DNA of 61,062 bases, filler included, from Dugesia japonica (Eukaryota): assembly GCA_001938525.1 (NCBI GenBank). It is 6 parts of 6 records of this genome, joined end to end, with 100 filler letters (N's around TTAATTAATTAA, not from the genome) between each part and the next. Parts side by side here need not be neighbours in the genome. Positions count along the whole stretch, not along the records: positions 1 to 8,997 come from MQRL01506689.1; positions 9,098 to 17,534 come from MQRL01635034.1; 4 more parts are not named here. The stretch is one strand, 5' to 3'. Position numbers and translations under genes: made by a program. The notes under the pieces are model-generated. The model had not been told where the DNA came from and ran no database searches. It saw only the letters and a program-made list of their open reading frames with translations. Every line of letters starts with the position of its first letter. The first letter of the stretch is position 1. This document shows, one piece after another, positions 1-14,329 of the stretch.

Positions 1-116
1 TTAAATATTAGATAATCATAATTGATTTTCGTAATCACTATTTCTTTTTAAAATCGATGTTCTTTTTCTAGTACAATACTTTTTATTTCACTTTATTTAA
101 AATTAATATTTTTTAG

Positions 117-431
117 GATTTTTTGAAGAATGAAGGTCGACGACCACGTATTTTAATTGCAAAATTGGGCCAAGATGGTCATGATAGGGGAGGGAAAGTA
201 ATAGCCACAGGATTTTCTGATCTAGGCTTTGATGTTGACGTTGGTCCACTTTTTTCGGTAAGTTTATTTAATGAAACTTTAATATATTAACTTTTTTTTA
301 TAGACTCCAAAAGAAGCTGTTGAGCAAGCTGTTGATGCAGATGTTCATGTAATTGGAGTAAGTTCTTTAGCAGCAGGGCATATGACTTTAGTTCCTCAAT
401 TAATCGATGAATTGAAAAAAGCAGGGCGAAG
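117..431 (+). CDS. MMUT: Methylmalonyl-CoA mutase, two internal exons (117-257, 304-431) of the C-terminal cobalamin-binding domain
   Basis: Spliced translation [89 protein letters not shown] contains the DxHxxG B12-binding motif. 46-nt GT-AG intron at 258-303; next donor gtaatt at 432. The next exon (GGVIP motif) was not found in the window. Confidence 0.95.
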
Positions 432-1036
432 GTAATTGTTTGGACAAAATAAATTTTTTTTTTAATAAATTGAAATGAGAAATAATGTATCTTTAATAAT
501 GACGAAACTTCAATGTTTACTAGTACAATTTAGATGAAACCTTACGCAAAATAAGTATTCACGTAATCTTTTATGTGTTATTTATTTCAGTTTTTAAGAT
601 TAGATTTATAAGCACTTTATTAATGAATATTAAGTAAATAAATATGCTAATTAACATAAAACATAATTNNNNNNNNNNNNNNNNNNNNNNNNNNNNNNNN
701 NNNNNNNNNNNNNNNNNNNNNNNNNNNNNNNNNNNNNNNNNNNNNNNNNNNNNNNNNNNNNNNNNNNNNNNNNNNNNNNNNNNNNNNNNNNNNNNNNNNN
801 NNNNNNNNNNNNNNNTTATATTATATTATAATTATAATTATTTGGTGTTAAATTAATTTCTTCTAATAATTAAGTAATATTTTTGGAAGGACGAAACTAA
901 AAGTAAGTTATATATCCATCATAATTTAGTAAAATTAAAACCAAAATTAACTTAAAACAAGCAATTTTGGTTTGAAAAATATGTAACTCAAAAGTCAGCT
1001 TTTTCGACAAATAGTATCCTTCTGCACTATTTTAAT

Positions 1037-1267
1037 ATGAAAAAAACTTTAAATGATGATTATCGTATACTATCGGAGACCTATGATAATTATGTTCCAT
1101 TAGAAAAAACGTGCAGGGAATGGTCTCTGCGATTCAGAAGTAGCAATGTTAACGATGTTAATGATAAATCACTCCCAGGTCAGTCTAGAAAGTTTAATGA
1201 TGTCGTTTTGGAAGCATTATTGGATGTAGACTCTATTCTAGCTTTAATGAATAATCAAAAGTATTAA
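1037..1267 (+). pseudogene. Mariner transposase N-terminal HTH relic
   Basis: YRILSETY..KTCREW..RFRS..DVNDK..PGQSRKF.D..LEALLD matches the Mos1-type N-terminus. Confidence 0.8.
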
Positions 1268-1813
1268 ATGTCTCTCATGTTACAATTTAAATGATTTGTG
1301 TAAGATGTAAGATCAAAAGGAAAGCAATTATTATTTAAATTTTTTAAATTGTTTAAATTATTAAGTTCATTATTTTAAAGTTTAAATCATCTTATCAAGA
1401 AAATTTTTTTTAGAAAATATTCTTCTGAGAAATGCTCCTTAACTTAATGTGGATTGAAGAAATAAAAGCTTAGAAAATTAAACATATTTTTAATAAATTT
1501 TGTTTGTTAGTAAATATATAGTACCCCATTAAACCAATGTAAAAATCTTATATTTCANNNTTTTCATGACGAATTGTGTATCGTTGAACGCATAATCAGA
1601 TGAGGGATATTACTGTTCAGTCAAAACATTTAATAAAAAGTGCAATTGAGAACCCCTTCAATGCCTTGTCATCATCGCTTCACATAAACACTATAAGAGT
1701 TTTCTGTAGTAAATAATAACAGAGGATAAAACAATCCATAACGCAAACATCTATGGGTGGGTCATCTAGTAGAATCGACTCTAAAACACAATATTCACNN
1801 NNNNNNNNNNNNN

Positions 1814-2260
1814 TTCTGTATTTGATTGGATGGTGTAATCTATTATAAGCTTTTATCGTGAAATGACATTATCATAGGAAATCGATACAAACAATAATTA
1901 ATTAAATTGAATACCGAAACAATGTAAAAGTGACATACAAAAGTCAGTAATATGTGCAAAGACATTCCGTTTCAAGATAATGCTTGGTCACATGTCGCAA
2001 AGTGTATAGAAGAAACATTGGGATGTTGTCATGAGTTCTTCCGAACTCAACCTATTAACCAGACTTGGCCTATTCTAATTACCACCTTTTCAGAGCATAG
2101 CAACATATGCTGGGAAATACACAGTTCTCTAATTACGAAAAAGTACAAAAATGGGATTTGTTCCTGGACAAAATTTTTATCACTAAGGAATTTGGCTATT
2201 ACCAGAATTATAATTAAAAGTAATGGAAAATGAAGAAATGCATTTTGTCTAACTTATCTA
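1814..2260 (+). pseudogene. Mariner transposase catalytic/C-terminal relic
   Basis: GVIYYKLL, QDNAWSHVAK (HDNARPH) and frameshifted Y*PDLAYSNYHLFR (YSPDLAPSDYHLF) motifs. Confidence 0.8.
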
Positions 2261-4979
2261 TTGAAAATGTAAAAATAAATAATTTTTGTTCAAAAAACGG
2301 CGGCAATTAATTAAAACCCCTTATTAATTAGTATTGATTATTTGAACTTTTAACCATTTTAAATTTGAATATTAGTAGTATTTTATATTTTTTGTAGTGT
2401 AATGTAAACTGATAAATATGGTTATTTGATTTTTCAATATTTAATTTTGAATGCATTGCAATCTTTCAACAATTATTTAATGCGATGTTTTATCCATTTT
2501 GATTTTATATTATTTTAGGAAAAAATAAGTTATTTATTTAATCAAATTATTTAATTTAACAGTAAGATTCATATTATATAGATTATATATCATAATTATT
2601 GTGATTTATTAATGCATGTATGTCGTGGTAGATATTTTCATGTATCAGTAATATTCAATCGTTTTAGAGCATAATAAATATTTGAAATTATATTTGAAGT
2701 ATACTATAATATTTTAAAAATGTTTATTAAACTTTTAAAATTTATTCTTAAAATGTGTTTTTATAACAAATTAAATTAATATTAAAAAAGAATTCATTAT
2801 GCATTCATTTAAATAGAAATTAACACACAAGTAACTAATAAATAAATAAATAAAATTTTTTTNNNNNNNNNNNNNNNNNNNNNNNNNNNNNNNNNNNNNN
2901 NNNNNNNNNNNNNNNNNNNNNNNNNNNNNNNNNNNNNNNNNNNNNNNNNNNNNNNNNNNNNNNNNNNNNNNNNNNNNNNNNNNNNNNNNNNNNNNNNNNN
3001 NNNNNNNNNNNNNNNNNNNNNNNNNNNNNNNNNNNNNNNNNNNNNNNGCCGAAGAAAATTATTATATATTGGGATATTATAAAAATAATATTTTTAATAA
3101 TTTAATAAAAATAAATTATTAAACTAATTGCTTGAAGGTAATTTCGATTCTAGAAAATATTGTTACATAACAAAAAATTCATGTTCTATCATCTAAACAG
3201 ACCTTTACCTGATCATGAAATCAATTCAATTTATCAAAAATTATCGTTGAAATTATTAATATGAGCTTTTTTGTTTGGAACCCTAACGATAATTTTAAAA
3301 AAGATCTAACAGTATCCTTTTAATTTCAATAGTTGATTAATGTTGCAAATTGTTTTAATTAGGTGAGTTATATAATACTGTAAAATAATAGATAAGTTAA
3401 ATAGAATACTGCTTCTAAATTCTACATATTGTATTAGTTTTTTAAGGTATTTGCTGCAAAGTTCCTAAACATGAAAGTGTGTCAATTTTAGAAAAAAATT
3501 AAAATTAATAATTTGAAAATAATTACTAAAAAGTCATTCTTATTTTTAAATTTTTACATAAACAAATCATTATTGTATGAAATTATTAAATATTCTTAAT
3601 TTTTTTGTAAACGCAGAAATAATTTTATTTCCAACAATTAAGATATACGATAAAAATTGTTGTTGAGATTATAATGTAATTTTATTTAACAGTTTAAAAT
3701 TAGTAATATAAATTAAGGTATAAATAGATTCTATGGAAGTTCTTAATTAGTTTTCTTTTATAAATTTAGATATGTTGCCCTTTTCTAAACGTCAACCAAG
3801 TTATTTACGTGTATTTTAAATTATACAATTACAATTATTTCTAGAAAAATTGTGGATCTTAATCATTGATTGCATTTTTAAGTTTCATTAAATATTAAAA
3901 ATGTAGATCAAAATGCTTTCTTTAATTTCTTGTTAAAGATTCAAATTTTGATAATTGTCTTCATGGATAATATTTTCAATTACGCTTTTTATTTTCTTGA
4001 AATATTTAAAATTAGATACGATTAATCACGCCCATATACAATACTTGTCAGTTAAATATTGCCTTGCAAACTTTCTTAATTAAGTTAGATTTTATATTAA
4101 TTTTAATTTAAGTTAAATTTTTTATTTTATTAAAGAACATTTAATTTTACAAGTTTTTAAAATTTTAATATTCTTATAAAGCCGATTTTTAATAATTTCG
4201 TGCAATTTTATTTGTATTTTCAATTTATTTAATGGATGAAAACGTTTCGGTGTAATCATTTTCAAATTTCAGATTGGTTATGTAAATTAGTTTGTTAAAA
4301 ATTGTTATAGGTAGATTAATTGTTGTGCATACGAAATATTCAATGTAATATTAATTTTTTAAAAATTATATTTCAATGTGATGCCCAAATTAATTTTTAC
4401 AAAGAATGACGCTTCTTTCCAATTTATTGATTATATATTTATTTTTATAAATATCATATTTGCACATCATTATGTTTAATATTTAGTTATTTACATCTTC
4501 ACCAAGTCATCTTATTTAATTAAATTTATAGTAGATTAATTGAAACCAAATATTAATAAAAAGGTAATTATAATTTATTTCGCTTCATTCTTAATTAGAG
4601 TTAATATCTAATACCTAATACTTTAACACTAAAATTTTAATTGAAGTTTTATTATTACATTAATTTCTAAAAATATTGCTGTTTAGAGTTAGTATTATTG
4701 TACTCTTTATTATAATGATTTAGTTCACCTTGCATTAAACTTCAAATGTGTGTACATAGTCATAATTTGCTTAAAGTTAATTTTTATAGTTAAAATTTTA
4801 TTTTAATTATTAACCGATGTAAATATCTTTATTTATTTGTTACATTGTCTTCATCAAAACACTGAAAAATTAGAAATGTTTGCTTAAATAATATTCTAAA
4901 AATGAAGCCTCTGTGGGGCTTCTAGGTTTTTTGATGTTATTTATCTATTCAATTATCTTTCTTTTTTGAGTATTTTCGC

Positions 4980-6818
4980 TAGGTTAGATATCCAAAAGCC
5001 GGCAGAAATTTGATCAACACCGCTTGTGTTGAGATCATAGACCCCGTGGTTCAAGCGTATTTTAGAAAGTCTTGGATCTTCTGGATCCAATTTATTGTTT
5101 TAATATTTTCAGTGTTAACAAAGAGAACGTCTTCAACATTTATAAATTTACTAATACACCATTTATGGAGATCCAAAAATGGTCTCCGTTTTCACACAGT
5201 CTGATTCACAGATCTTTTTACCGTCATATTCGTGCCACACGACCTTCACGTTGGCCAGCACCGAAGCCTCCCGATCATCATATGATTTTACTATCTTGGC
5301 GAGCATTCTGTTATTACTAATTAGTGAAATCTCCCGTCTGCGACTGACTGTCAATCATTCCCTGAGTGTCGCTAACTTCCGCTTTACCGTTTGATTTTCT
5401 TCTTTCCATTCTCGGTTCTCTTTTCATAATTTCTTTAGTTTGGCCGGCACATTATGTTGTTCCAATGATAATTGTTCCCGGGATGGTTGAGAAATTTGAA
5501 CTTACATTTCGTAGATTAAATAAATCATTTAATTTCTCATAGTCAATGTCTCAAAAGATGAATAAGAGTTTAATCATGGTTATCAGATTTTATTTAATTT
5601 CTGTAGGATATTGCATTTTATCGTCAAACATAGTTATTTCGGTGAGATACATTTTAATTGATTTTGTTATATTTTTTCACTTTTATTAGGGCGATTGCCA
5701 TCTATGATTATTCATTATTTGCTTTCTGTGCTTTACAATGACGAATAAATTATCAAGACAGACTACAACGATTTGGAAAATATATTCATCAGATATCGGT
5801 TTATTCACGAGATATATTTACAAGCATATCCGTAATAAAATTCGATAGTACAATTGTTTCCTCGACGAGCGATAACATTACGCGTTTAATTCCATTTTCC
5901 AAACGTTTCTTGGCCTGGTAGTCTTCCAGTAGTCCGCGTTCGAAAACTGTGTTTGTGTGATGGTCGGTGATTTCCTGAGATGATTAGAGATTCTGCTTAA
6001 TAGATCTATTGGGGATTGATTCTGTTGAGCTTGATCCTCTTCTAATGCTACGCGCTCTTGTTCTAGATAGCTGATCCGTTGTCTCATTCCTTCAATGATC
6101 TTGGCTTGTTCTTGATTCTCGATATCTCTATCTCTTAGCTTGGTTTGTTCGACCCTCCGCGGATCTCTATCTGTTCCGACATTATTTCATGAGTTGAAGA
6201 GTACCGGCATATTGTTTGGCAGCGGAGCAGAAAAACTCCATCCATGTAACTATTTTATTGCCTTGAGGTTTGATATTTTCCTGGACATTTATTATAATAG
6301 CGTATTGATATCCATTTTTTCAAAACAAGATTAATTATAATCCATCAAGTATATGATACATGTTACATTGCCTATTTTAGGTTATCAGTTATGTGTGTAA
6401 GAAGGTGAGAGCCCGCTGTAAGAACTTAGTCCCTTTTTGTTCTCAGGAGCTGACAGTTCCCGACTCGTGAGTGAATATTGGATATTATTCGATTTTGAGT
6501 CGTACTTATTCGAAATTCTAATGTATGATATTCCATGTCAATATTTATATGTAAAATAGTAAATTCAATGAAGTACCGTAATGAATTAACTGTAAAAACG
6601 TGATAATGAAGTACTAACATTATGTTATCCAATTTAAACATTAACACAGCTGATACGTTTTATTCATTAGGAGAGACGAAAGAAACTGGAAAAGGATTTA
6701 TCTCGTTAACATTAAGAACTCCTTATATCAGTCAAACAAAATATAATTCTATCATAAATATATTGCAACTATCTGTCAACTTGTGCACTTTGGTGATTAA
6801 GAAAAGAAATTGATAACA
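4980..6818 (-). mobile_element. 5' part of a decayed LTR retrotransposon: LTR about 6245-6818, PBS, coiled-coil gag-like ORF from ATG 6210
   Basis: Segment bounded by TGTAAC...ATAACA. On the minus strand it is followed directly by TGGATGGAG (PBS-like), then a GC-richer, stop-interrupted coiled-coil frame (MPVLFNS*...EQAKIIEGMRQRISYLEQER). No pol motifs seen. Confidence 0.5.
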
Positions 6819-7150
6819 CGTTTACATAACCATAAAATTAACTTCAATTGGGGAATTTAGATGCTCCTAGCGTCATTATAATAGTTTAAAATTGATAGAG
6901 CCCAAGTAAATCAATATACAACTTATAATTGTTTTAAATATTAAATAGTTGAAAATTATGTGGTCTATACATGATAATCATAATACTAAAGCGAAGTAAT
7001 CAATAAATATAATTATTCATAACAAGTTACAAGAATATAACATTTAACTAAAATTACTTATTAAACATTCTAATCATAAACCTTACGGTACCGTATTCTT
7101 GCAGAAAATTAAAGTATAAATAACGATCATCACCAAATTACCAGTACACT

Positions 7151-8870
7151 CAGTGGTGGCTCAAATTTTTTAACCATTGCGCCCTAGGTAGATGTAATTT
7201 ATGCCTCCACTCTACTTTTCCTTTGTATCGAAAAAACATTTTACATTAAAAAATTGTTTTTATATTAAAAATACATTACATTAATTAAATTTTAAGAATT
7301 ACATATATTGCTGTAAATAAAAAATTAAACAATTACTTCAACTCATTTTGCTAAATCCAAAAATATTTATTAATTTTATGTTTTGCTTTAAACTTACTAT
7401 ATTTAGATTGTTGTTTTTTCCTACTTTATGTAAAAAACAATAATTAATTATTTTATAACTTTTCTTCTTTTACTTACATTTTTATTTTTAAAAAAGTTTA
7501 AGTTTTCTAGCCTTTTGTTTAGTAAAGTCAGCAACGTAATCTTCAACATTAATGCTTTGGACTATTTCATCTTCAATTGACAGTGTCGCCAATTATACAA
7601 GCCGTTCTTGAGTCATTGTTGAACAAAGATAAGTTTTTATTAATTTAAGTTTTAAAAACTTCTTTCGCAACTTAAAAGGATAAAGAGTTAAAAGTATCCT
7701 TAAACTAATAAAAACATTGAACAGATAAATATTGAACAATTTGTTTTCACAAATAAAATGTAGGAAATCTTTCGGTGACGAATTTTGTTCAACGTGTTTT
7801 GAAATAGATTGTAGCTCATTACACAAATCCACTGCTTCAATGTCCTTGGAGCCATTGTGGCTTAATGTTGATTCAAGCTTAGTACACGACGCATACAATT
7901 CCCGTGTTGTTGTTTTCTTTAGGTTGTGAATGTCAAAAATAAATCCAAAACTGATTCAAGATTTTGCATCTGTTCAAAATTGATCGTTAACAGAGTTAAT
8001 TGCTGTATCAAGGACACCAAAATAAAAATCAACTTTAAAATTTTCCTGAGGGTCTTGGATAACATTATCTTGCGGTTCATATGAAAATTGTCTCTTCTTA
8101 ACCGATTGTGAGCAGGTTCTCGCTCAAATTCTGTTGGAAAGTCATTTTCCTTAGCAAGCTCAGAAGCATCTGCTAAAATACTGTTAAATTCAATATCTCT
8201 TAAATTTTTCAAAAAAAAATTTCGTATTCTTTAATTTTTGGGTAGCTAATTGAACATTTAATTTTTTCTTGAACTATTTTGCTGGTTATGTTAACTTCAA
8301 ACAATATTTTTTACCATATTGTAAGTTGAACAACAAATGTAAATTTCGAAATTTTTGTTGCTAAACCCTGTTCTTCTGAACGGGTTGATGCTCCAATAGT
8401 ACCAACCAAAGTTTTATCCTCAGAAATATCCATAAGGGCATCGTATATATTTCCCAATTCGTAACGCAATGGCTTCAAAACATCAATTCAACTTTTCCAT
8501 CTTGTATTATTTAGTGGTTTAACAGTCAACGTCTTAATGTACTGCACCAAAACGTCCCATTTACGTGTTGAACCCGAAAAGAAGTATATATTCTTTGTAC
8601 TATATCAAAAAGTTTTGCAACTTCTACACAACTCTTATCAGCGTCATTAACAACCAAATTTAATGAATGTGAATAGCAAAATTTTTATCTGTACTCCATT
8701 CTCTTTCCCTTTCATGTTACTTGCTTTATCATAAGATTGTCGATGTTGCTGTTGTACATCCATAGACAAATCTTTCTTTTCTTTTCTATTATTAGAGTCA
8801 CTTGGATATGAANTATCATGAATTGTTTGCGACCAATTTCGAATAATCATGCAGCTTACTGTGCCACTTC
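7151..8870 (-). mobile_element. hAT transposon relic (ZMYM1-like/Ac-type transposase fragments)
   Basis: Minus-strand motifs SYDKASNMKGKENGVQ, HSLNLVV, KPLNNTRW and C-terminal dimerisation LKLIKTYLCSTMTQERL..LATLSIE. Terminus CAGTGGTGG at 7151. Confidence 0.85.
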
Positions 8871-9041
8871 ATTTTGTTGGCCATGTACCAGGATCCGTGT
8901 AGTCGTATTCTAATGTTAATTTATTTTCACATTCCTTATTATTTTCATTTAAAGGGGCTTCAGCATCCATAAAAGATTCCCGATTCTCTGTAATGCANNN
9001 NNNNNNNNNNNNNNNNNNNNNNNNNNNNNNNNNNNNNNNNN

Positions 9042-9053
9042 TTAATTAATTAA
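9042..9053. other. Artificial contig-joining linker TTAATTAATTAA in a 100-nt N spacer (also 17579-17590, 26017-26028, 37130-37141, 51528-51539)
   Basis: Identical 12-mer with stops in all six frames, flanked by about 44 N on each side, five times. Confidence 0.95.
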
Positions 9054-9099
9054 NNNNNNNNNNNNNNNNNNNNNNNNNNNNNNNNNNNNNNNNNNNNGA

Positions 9100-9215
9100 T
9101 TTTATTTTGTTTGGAATTTAAAGATAAATATTTCGATATAATTTTATTTGGATAGCCATTATTTAAAAATTGTTTTTTAATCAACTTGAGAGAGATCAAT
9201 TTCATTTCTTCATTT
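9100..9215 (-). pseudogene. Penelope-like/GIY-YIG retroelement RT C-terminal fragment
   Basis: EEMKLISLKLIKKQFLNNGYPNKIISKY carries the NGYP motif typical of PLE RT thumb regions. Confidence 0.55.
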
Positions 9216-9419
9216 GAAGATAGTCTCTACCAACTCGGCGATGCTCTTGAATTCTTGCACAGAGATGAAACATACTAAATCTTTACTTTCACAACAATTT
9301 CCAGAAAAATCGATAAAAAATTGATAACTTTTTTCAAAATATTTTTTCTCTCTAAAATTGTTTAAAACAAAAATAATTTAAATCACGTAAAAACAGAGTG
9401 CGTAAATTCAAATTCGCGT

Positions 9420-9860
9420 AAAAACAACATCAGATGTACCTTACTTTTAATTGATTCTTGGAGAAGATATACGGATTGATGTATTTATGACATTGAATAC
9501 TCTAATCAAAGTATTATTAATGCTGCAGTAATTCCATCGAAAACAACAAGTTTTGTTCAGCCATTTGATATATATTTTCTAAGAGAATGGAAATTTTTCT
9601 TTCAAAAAAATTATGGTAGAGTGATGGTTGATAAACTAGCAATTGATTTAAAAGAAAGAAACAGCATTATTATTATTCAAGTATTTATTCACAATCAATT
9701 ACAATAAAATTATCAAATATGCTTTGATATAAATTTGATATTATTGATAAAACCGAAAAATATGAAAACGTATCTCAAATTAATTTTCGATTGAATTTAA
9801 AAATTGTGATTATTATGATGAAAATTGGGAAATTTCTACATTGTTATAAAATACTTTCTT
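9420..9860 (+). pseudogene. pogo/Tigger-type (DDE_1) transposase relic
   Basis: LLLIDSW ... VIPSKTTSFVQPFDIYFLREWK matches the LDxxxxH / P.xTTSxxQPxD signature. Confidence 0.7.
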
Positions 9861-10536
9861 TCAGACAATTTTATTTAAAAAAAATGTTTCCACAATATTT
9901 AATTCAATTTGAATCAAAATAATTAAATTTAATACATTCTTTTCAAAGAGATTTAACTTTTTTCCTATCTCAAAAGAGAACGTAATATTTTACAGATATC
10001 GTATACTAACTGCATACCAAATTTCATTTCAGATTTACAGATTNNNNNAGATTTACAGATTTTAACGAAAATCACACGAAAAATTTCTTATATAAATACA
10101 ATTATTAAACATGTTGAAATTATTCCATATAATCAAATGAATTCAAATTTACAATAAGTTAAAATAAAAATTGAAACATTCTTTACTACAGTTAAAAACA
10201 ATCTAATATTATTCAAATTTTTTAAAATTTGGACTCCATTTAAGTAACAATAAAACTCGAAAAATTTTATTCTGATTTAAATTCAGATTATTTGTTAATC
10301 TTTTTTTACTTTAAATTTATATTATTTCTATAATATTTTATATTTATATAGTTCATTAACTACGATATTTTAATTTATCATTTTTAAATAACGGTCAAAA
10401 ACACAATACGTATTGATACGCTGAGACAAACACAAGCTCTCTTCAAGCCAGCAAGTCCGCACTAAATAGCAAAGTCTTTGTGAGGCCAGCAGAATAATAA
10501 AAATAATACATAAAAATAATTAATGTAGTATAACAA

Positions 10537-10750
10537 GGATAAATGGTAAATGTTCCCGTATTTTAGTAAATTTTCACTTATTTTAGTAAAATTTACCTTA
10601 ATTTAGTAAGTTTTCCATTAGTTTAGTAAGATTTCCCATATTTCTGTTAACTAAACTAAGGGAAAATTTCTCTTTTTATAGTAAAATAAGGAAAATTATA
10701 CTAAATTTAGGGAAAACTTACTAAAATAAGGGACAATTTACTAATTGTCC
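10537..10750. mobile_element. Foldback/Mutator-like MITE, 214 bp
   Basis: 9-bp TSD GTATAACAA (10528-10536, 10751-10759). Long imperfect TIRs beginning GGA, built from about 21-bp TTTTAGTAA subrepeats. Confidence 0.85.
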
Positions 10751-11315
10751 GTATAACAAGGTAAACAAATGAAAAATTCAAAATAAACAAGAACTAAATA
10801 ATTACATGGTCATTAAGTAGGCTGCATTTCTCCTTTCGATTTAGTTTTATCAAACCATTCAAGCGGATTGCATTGTCTACACATAATATTTAAATTTAAC
10901 AAACTTTTAAAAAAAAAATAATAAAAAAATATTTAATTAAATAAAATATTCTATAAGAAAATCTGTTTCTTTTCTTTTATAATAATAATTGAATAATTAA
11001 TATTCGATTGGGAAATCAGCTTGTAAAAAATGTAAACAAAATTTCTTAATCAATTGTAATAAAAATAAAATTATTTTTTCAAAAATCTAATGATTTTATT
11101 AGATTTTAGATTTTTTTTATTTTTTGAATTTTCATAATTGATGTGTTGATTGAATTCGTTTTTTAATATAGTAAAAAAAAATATTTTCGAAACAATTTTT
11201 AGTAAACATTCTCAATTAAATTGAATTGGATAAATCATTTTTTATTAATTTTTCTTAGTACAACAATAATAAGATTCAGTACAGAAATTAATTTTTTGGA
11301 TTGTATAATGTACAG

Positions 11316-11917
11316 CAGTGATGTCTAAACTAAGGCCCACGTGCCAAATCTGGCCCGCCAGCTTGAAAAGCTTGGCCAGCGGCACTCCAAAAACGATTGA
11401 AAAAAATTATAAAAAAAACTATAACAAGAAAAATATTGTTAACGAAAAATATTTTAAATTTCTTTTGTTTTTTATAATTATTTGGAAAAATTTTGTCAGT
11501 TACCAATTTTTTAAAAATGATATTTTTCTTCTGAAATTATATTAATAATTACACTACAGCTATTCTAAAAATAATAATAATGGAAATAAATTATTGGATA
11601 GTCATTTGCAGGACATTTTAAGAATTTCCACTTCGAAAATTGAACCAAAAATAACGGAATTGGCTTAATCCCTTCAACATCATCCATCACATTGATAACT
11701 TAAATCAATGTAAAATTTACAATAAATTTATATATATATATATATATATATAAATTTATTGTTCAACTGAATTTATTAATAAAAGTTTTTAATTTTCAAT
11801 AATTTTCAACATAAAGTTTATGTATTTCCTTTTTTATATTTTTAAAAAAATTTGGCCCGCCAAGTTCTGTAAAAATAATTTTTTTGGCCCACGGAAAAAT
11901 AAGTTTGGGCATCGCTG
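11316..11917 (+). mobile_element. Internally deleted hAT (Charlie/Buster-like) element, 602 bp
   Basis: 8-bp TSD ATGTACAG on both sides; TIRs CAGTGATGTCTAAACT / CAGCGATGCCCAAACT; GGCCC subterminal motifs; residual transposase C-terminus LLDSHLQDILRISTSKIEP..H.SH*. Confidence 0.9.
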
Positions 11918-11949
11918 ATGTACAGCTTAAAACAATTCAGAATACGTAG

Positions 11950-12640
11950 CCCAGCATTGAATGACTCTATTTCTATATGGATTTTGCTTCAATTCCGTTA
12001 TTCCAACAAACAAAATTGTTTTTCTTCCATTGTCAGTTACGGTAATAGGGTAAGAATGTAAACATCTATTTTATCTCTCAATCTTAGTAAAGTAAAGTAC
12101 AATTTAAAGTAAATTTAATCTTATCCATCTGAAATTTTCTGTTCAAGACAAAATATTGTTTCCTCATTATTACCATAATTGGAAAATTATTTCCTAATCT
12201 TTCTTATTCATTGTTTCTTTCATTGTTATTAGTGAGATGATATAATCATATAATCTATTTCTCAACATTTATTAAACAAATATTTGAATATAGAGAAGAA
12301 GATCTGTTTACCAATAATCTTTGATGTTTCATTTTGAAAGCATGCCGGTCCGCATAATAAAACTGAGTAAGTGATAAGTTTCAAAAACATTTGTATTTTC
12401 CCTTTTTTCATTCCTTTTTTATTCTTCGGTAATTAACATTGTATAAATTAGTATAATGTAAATTGTTTTGGACTATGTGTACGTCATAAAGCTTTCAAAT
12501 ATCTCGATGGTCTGTAATTTTGGTCTTCAAATAAATGGATTTATTATTGAATCTATATCGACTTGATTTCAACTTTCTTCGATGCTGAATTCATCACGGA
12601 TAAGTTATCCTCTGAATCTGTTTTTATGTCTGATCCTGTG
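11950..12640 (-). pseudogene. piggyBac transposase N-terminal relic
   Basis: Acidic N-terminus followed by IMRTGMLSK*NIKDYW*TDLLLYIQIF..MLRNR, matching the IxDYWSTD..MSRNRF motif. Confidence 0.65.
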
Positions 12641-13129
12641 ACTGAATCTTTAATATCAAATTTTCTCGTGAAGTTATCTACAATGAAAGATTATATAACA
12701 CAAAATAACGATTTTTTTCACAATATACTGTAACTATTATTCACTATTCAACTTATGATAACGAAGTTCCATTTGCTTATATATGAAATTTGAATTTCCA
12801 GAGTATTACAGAAAATGCTCTACAAATCTTTTCGTTTTATCGAAATTAAGCACAAGTGTTTTCTTGATTTTCCTGGAAAATTCTCACATCTTTNNNNNNN
12901 NNNNNNNNNNNNNNNNNNTTATTTTAATAATCAGATTCCATAATTTTCTGAGAGATTTCCTAATTATTAATAGAGTGTTTTAAAAGGTTCTAGAAAAATT
13001 AAAGAATTATCATTTTCCATTTTATAATCAGTGCATGATTTGTTGATGATTTGTTTATTATGAATAAAATTTCTATTTTACAATCAATTTTTATAATTTT
13101 TAAATTATTAAAAGTAAAATGGATCTGAT

Positions 13130-13242
13130 TCGAGTTTCCAATCCGAAATTACCGGATAAAAATTGATGCTGGAAATAACGGTACTTCTAACAAGCAATAC
13201 CGATATTGGTTTAATTCCAAAATACAGGTATTGGAAACTCTA
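13130..13242. mobile_element. Small hAT-like MITE
   Basis: TIRs TCGAGTTTCCAAT / ATTGGAAACTCTA, internal ATACCG/CGGTA motifs, near-TSD ATCTGAT / ATCTGGAT. Confidence 0.5.
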
Positions 13243-13694
13243 ATCTGGATATATCTTTTAATATTTCAAAAAATCGAACAAAACAAATTAGTTAGGCTGG
13301 CATCGAAAAGATTAAGAATTTAATTGGAGCTGTTTTTAAATTCACGAATTGATTAATTGACATGAATTTTATTTAATAAGAATATTATAATCTTGATATT
13401 TACTTTGCCAATCAATCCACGGAATCTATAAAATTTAATATAAAATAAAAATCTCTATCAAATCAAACCTTGATACTTTTTTCTATTTCAATTGCCAATA
13501 ATTCCATGAAATAAGTTTACAAAGAAAAATGATATCAACACTAATTAATGTGTAGTACTAGATGATGTTCCATGTCAAAATTAACTATGTTAAAAACCTT
13601 TTGTTGAATTAGTTAAAGAAACTAAAATGTATTCACACTGGAAACGTAAAAAGAATAATTTAAAATGACTTCTTTTTAATAGCTATCTTGCGTA

Positions 13695-13937
13695 TTAGTC
13701 GCTGTCGATGAATCATGTCAAAAATTTTCATTCAACTTTAACCATCCCCCTTTTGTCAACAACTATGAAATGTCCAGCCCTCAACAAATTAACAATATTT
13801 TAACTAATTTTTTTGATTTATTAAATTTATCGTAAAAAAATTATCGACATCATATAATCTTGGACCTCCTTCTCCCACTTNTCAACAATTATCAAACTTT
13901 TTCCAATGCCCTCCCAAATTTAATGGACGGCACCTAA
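13695..13937. mobile_element. Possible PIF/Harbinger-like MITE relic
   Basis: Right end ATGGACGGCACC-TAA, degenerate left end TTA-GTCGCTGTCGAT, internal CCCC-rich motifs. Confidence 0.4.
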
Positions 13938-14290
13938 TCTCTATCTTCTGATAAGAAATGTAGTTCAAATAAACTCATTGAAAGCAACGATAGGTCAGAT
14001 TTTTTTTTTGAGTCTTCAAATTTCGAATATTATTTTCAAAATAAGAAGATGAATTTTTTTTTATTAGATTGTCTATTATTTTGAATTTTAATTACAACTG
14101 TTTCGATGAATAACTTATCCTTAGAGATGTTAACATATATTAAAATTAAAAAATTAAAATGATCTAAATATTTGGATTTAATACTTCCAATAGGTGAAGT
14201 ACAAATGAATATGATTATTGAATTAACTGTTGACAGTTTATGGGAAAAAATAAATGTTCAGCAGTAAATAATTGGTTTTATGTTTTATTA

Positions 14291-14328
<38 letters not shown>

Positions 14329-14329
<1 letters not shown>
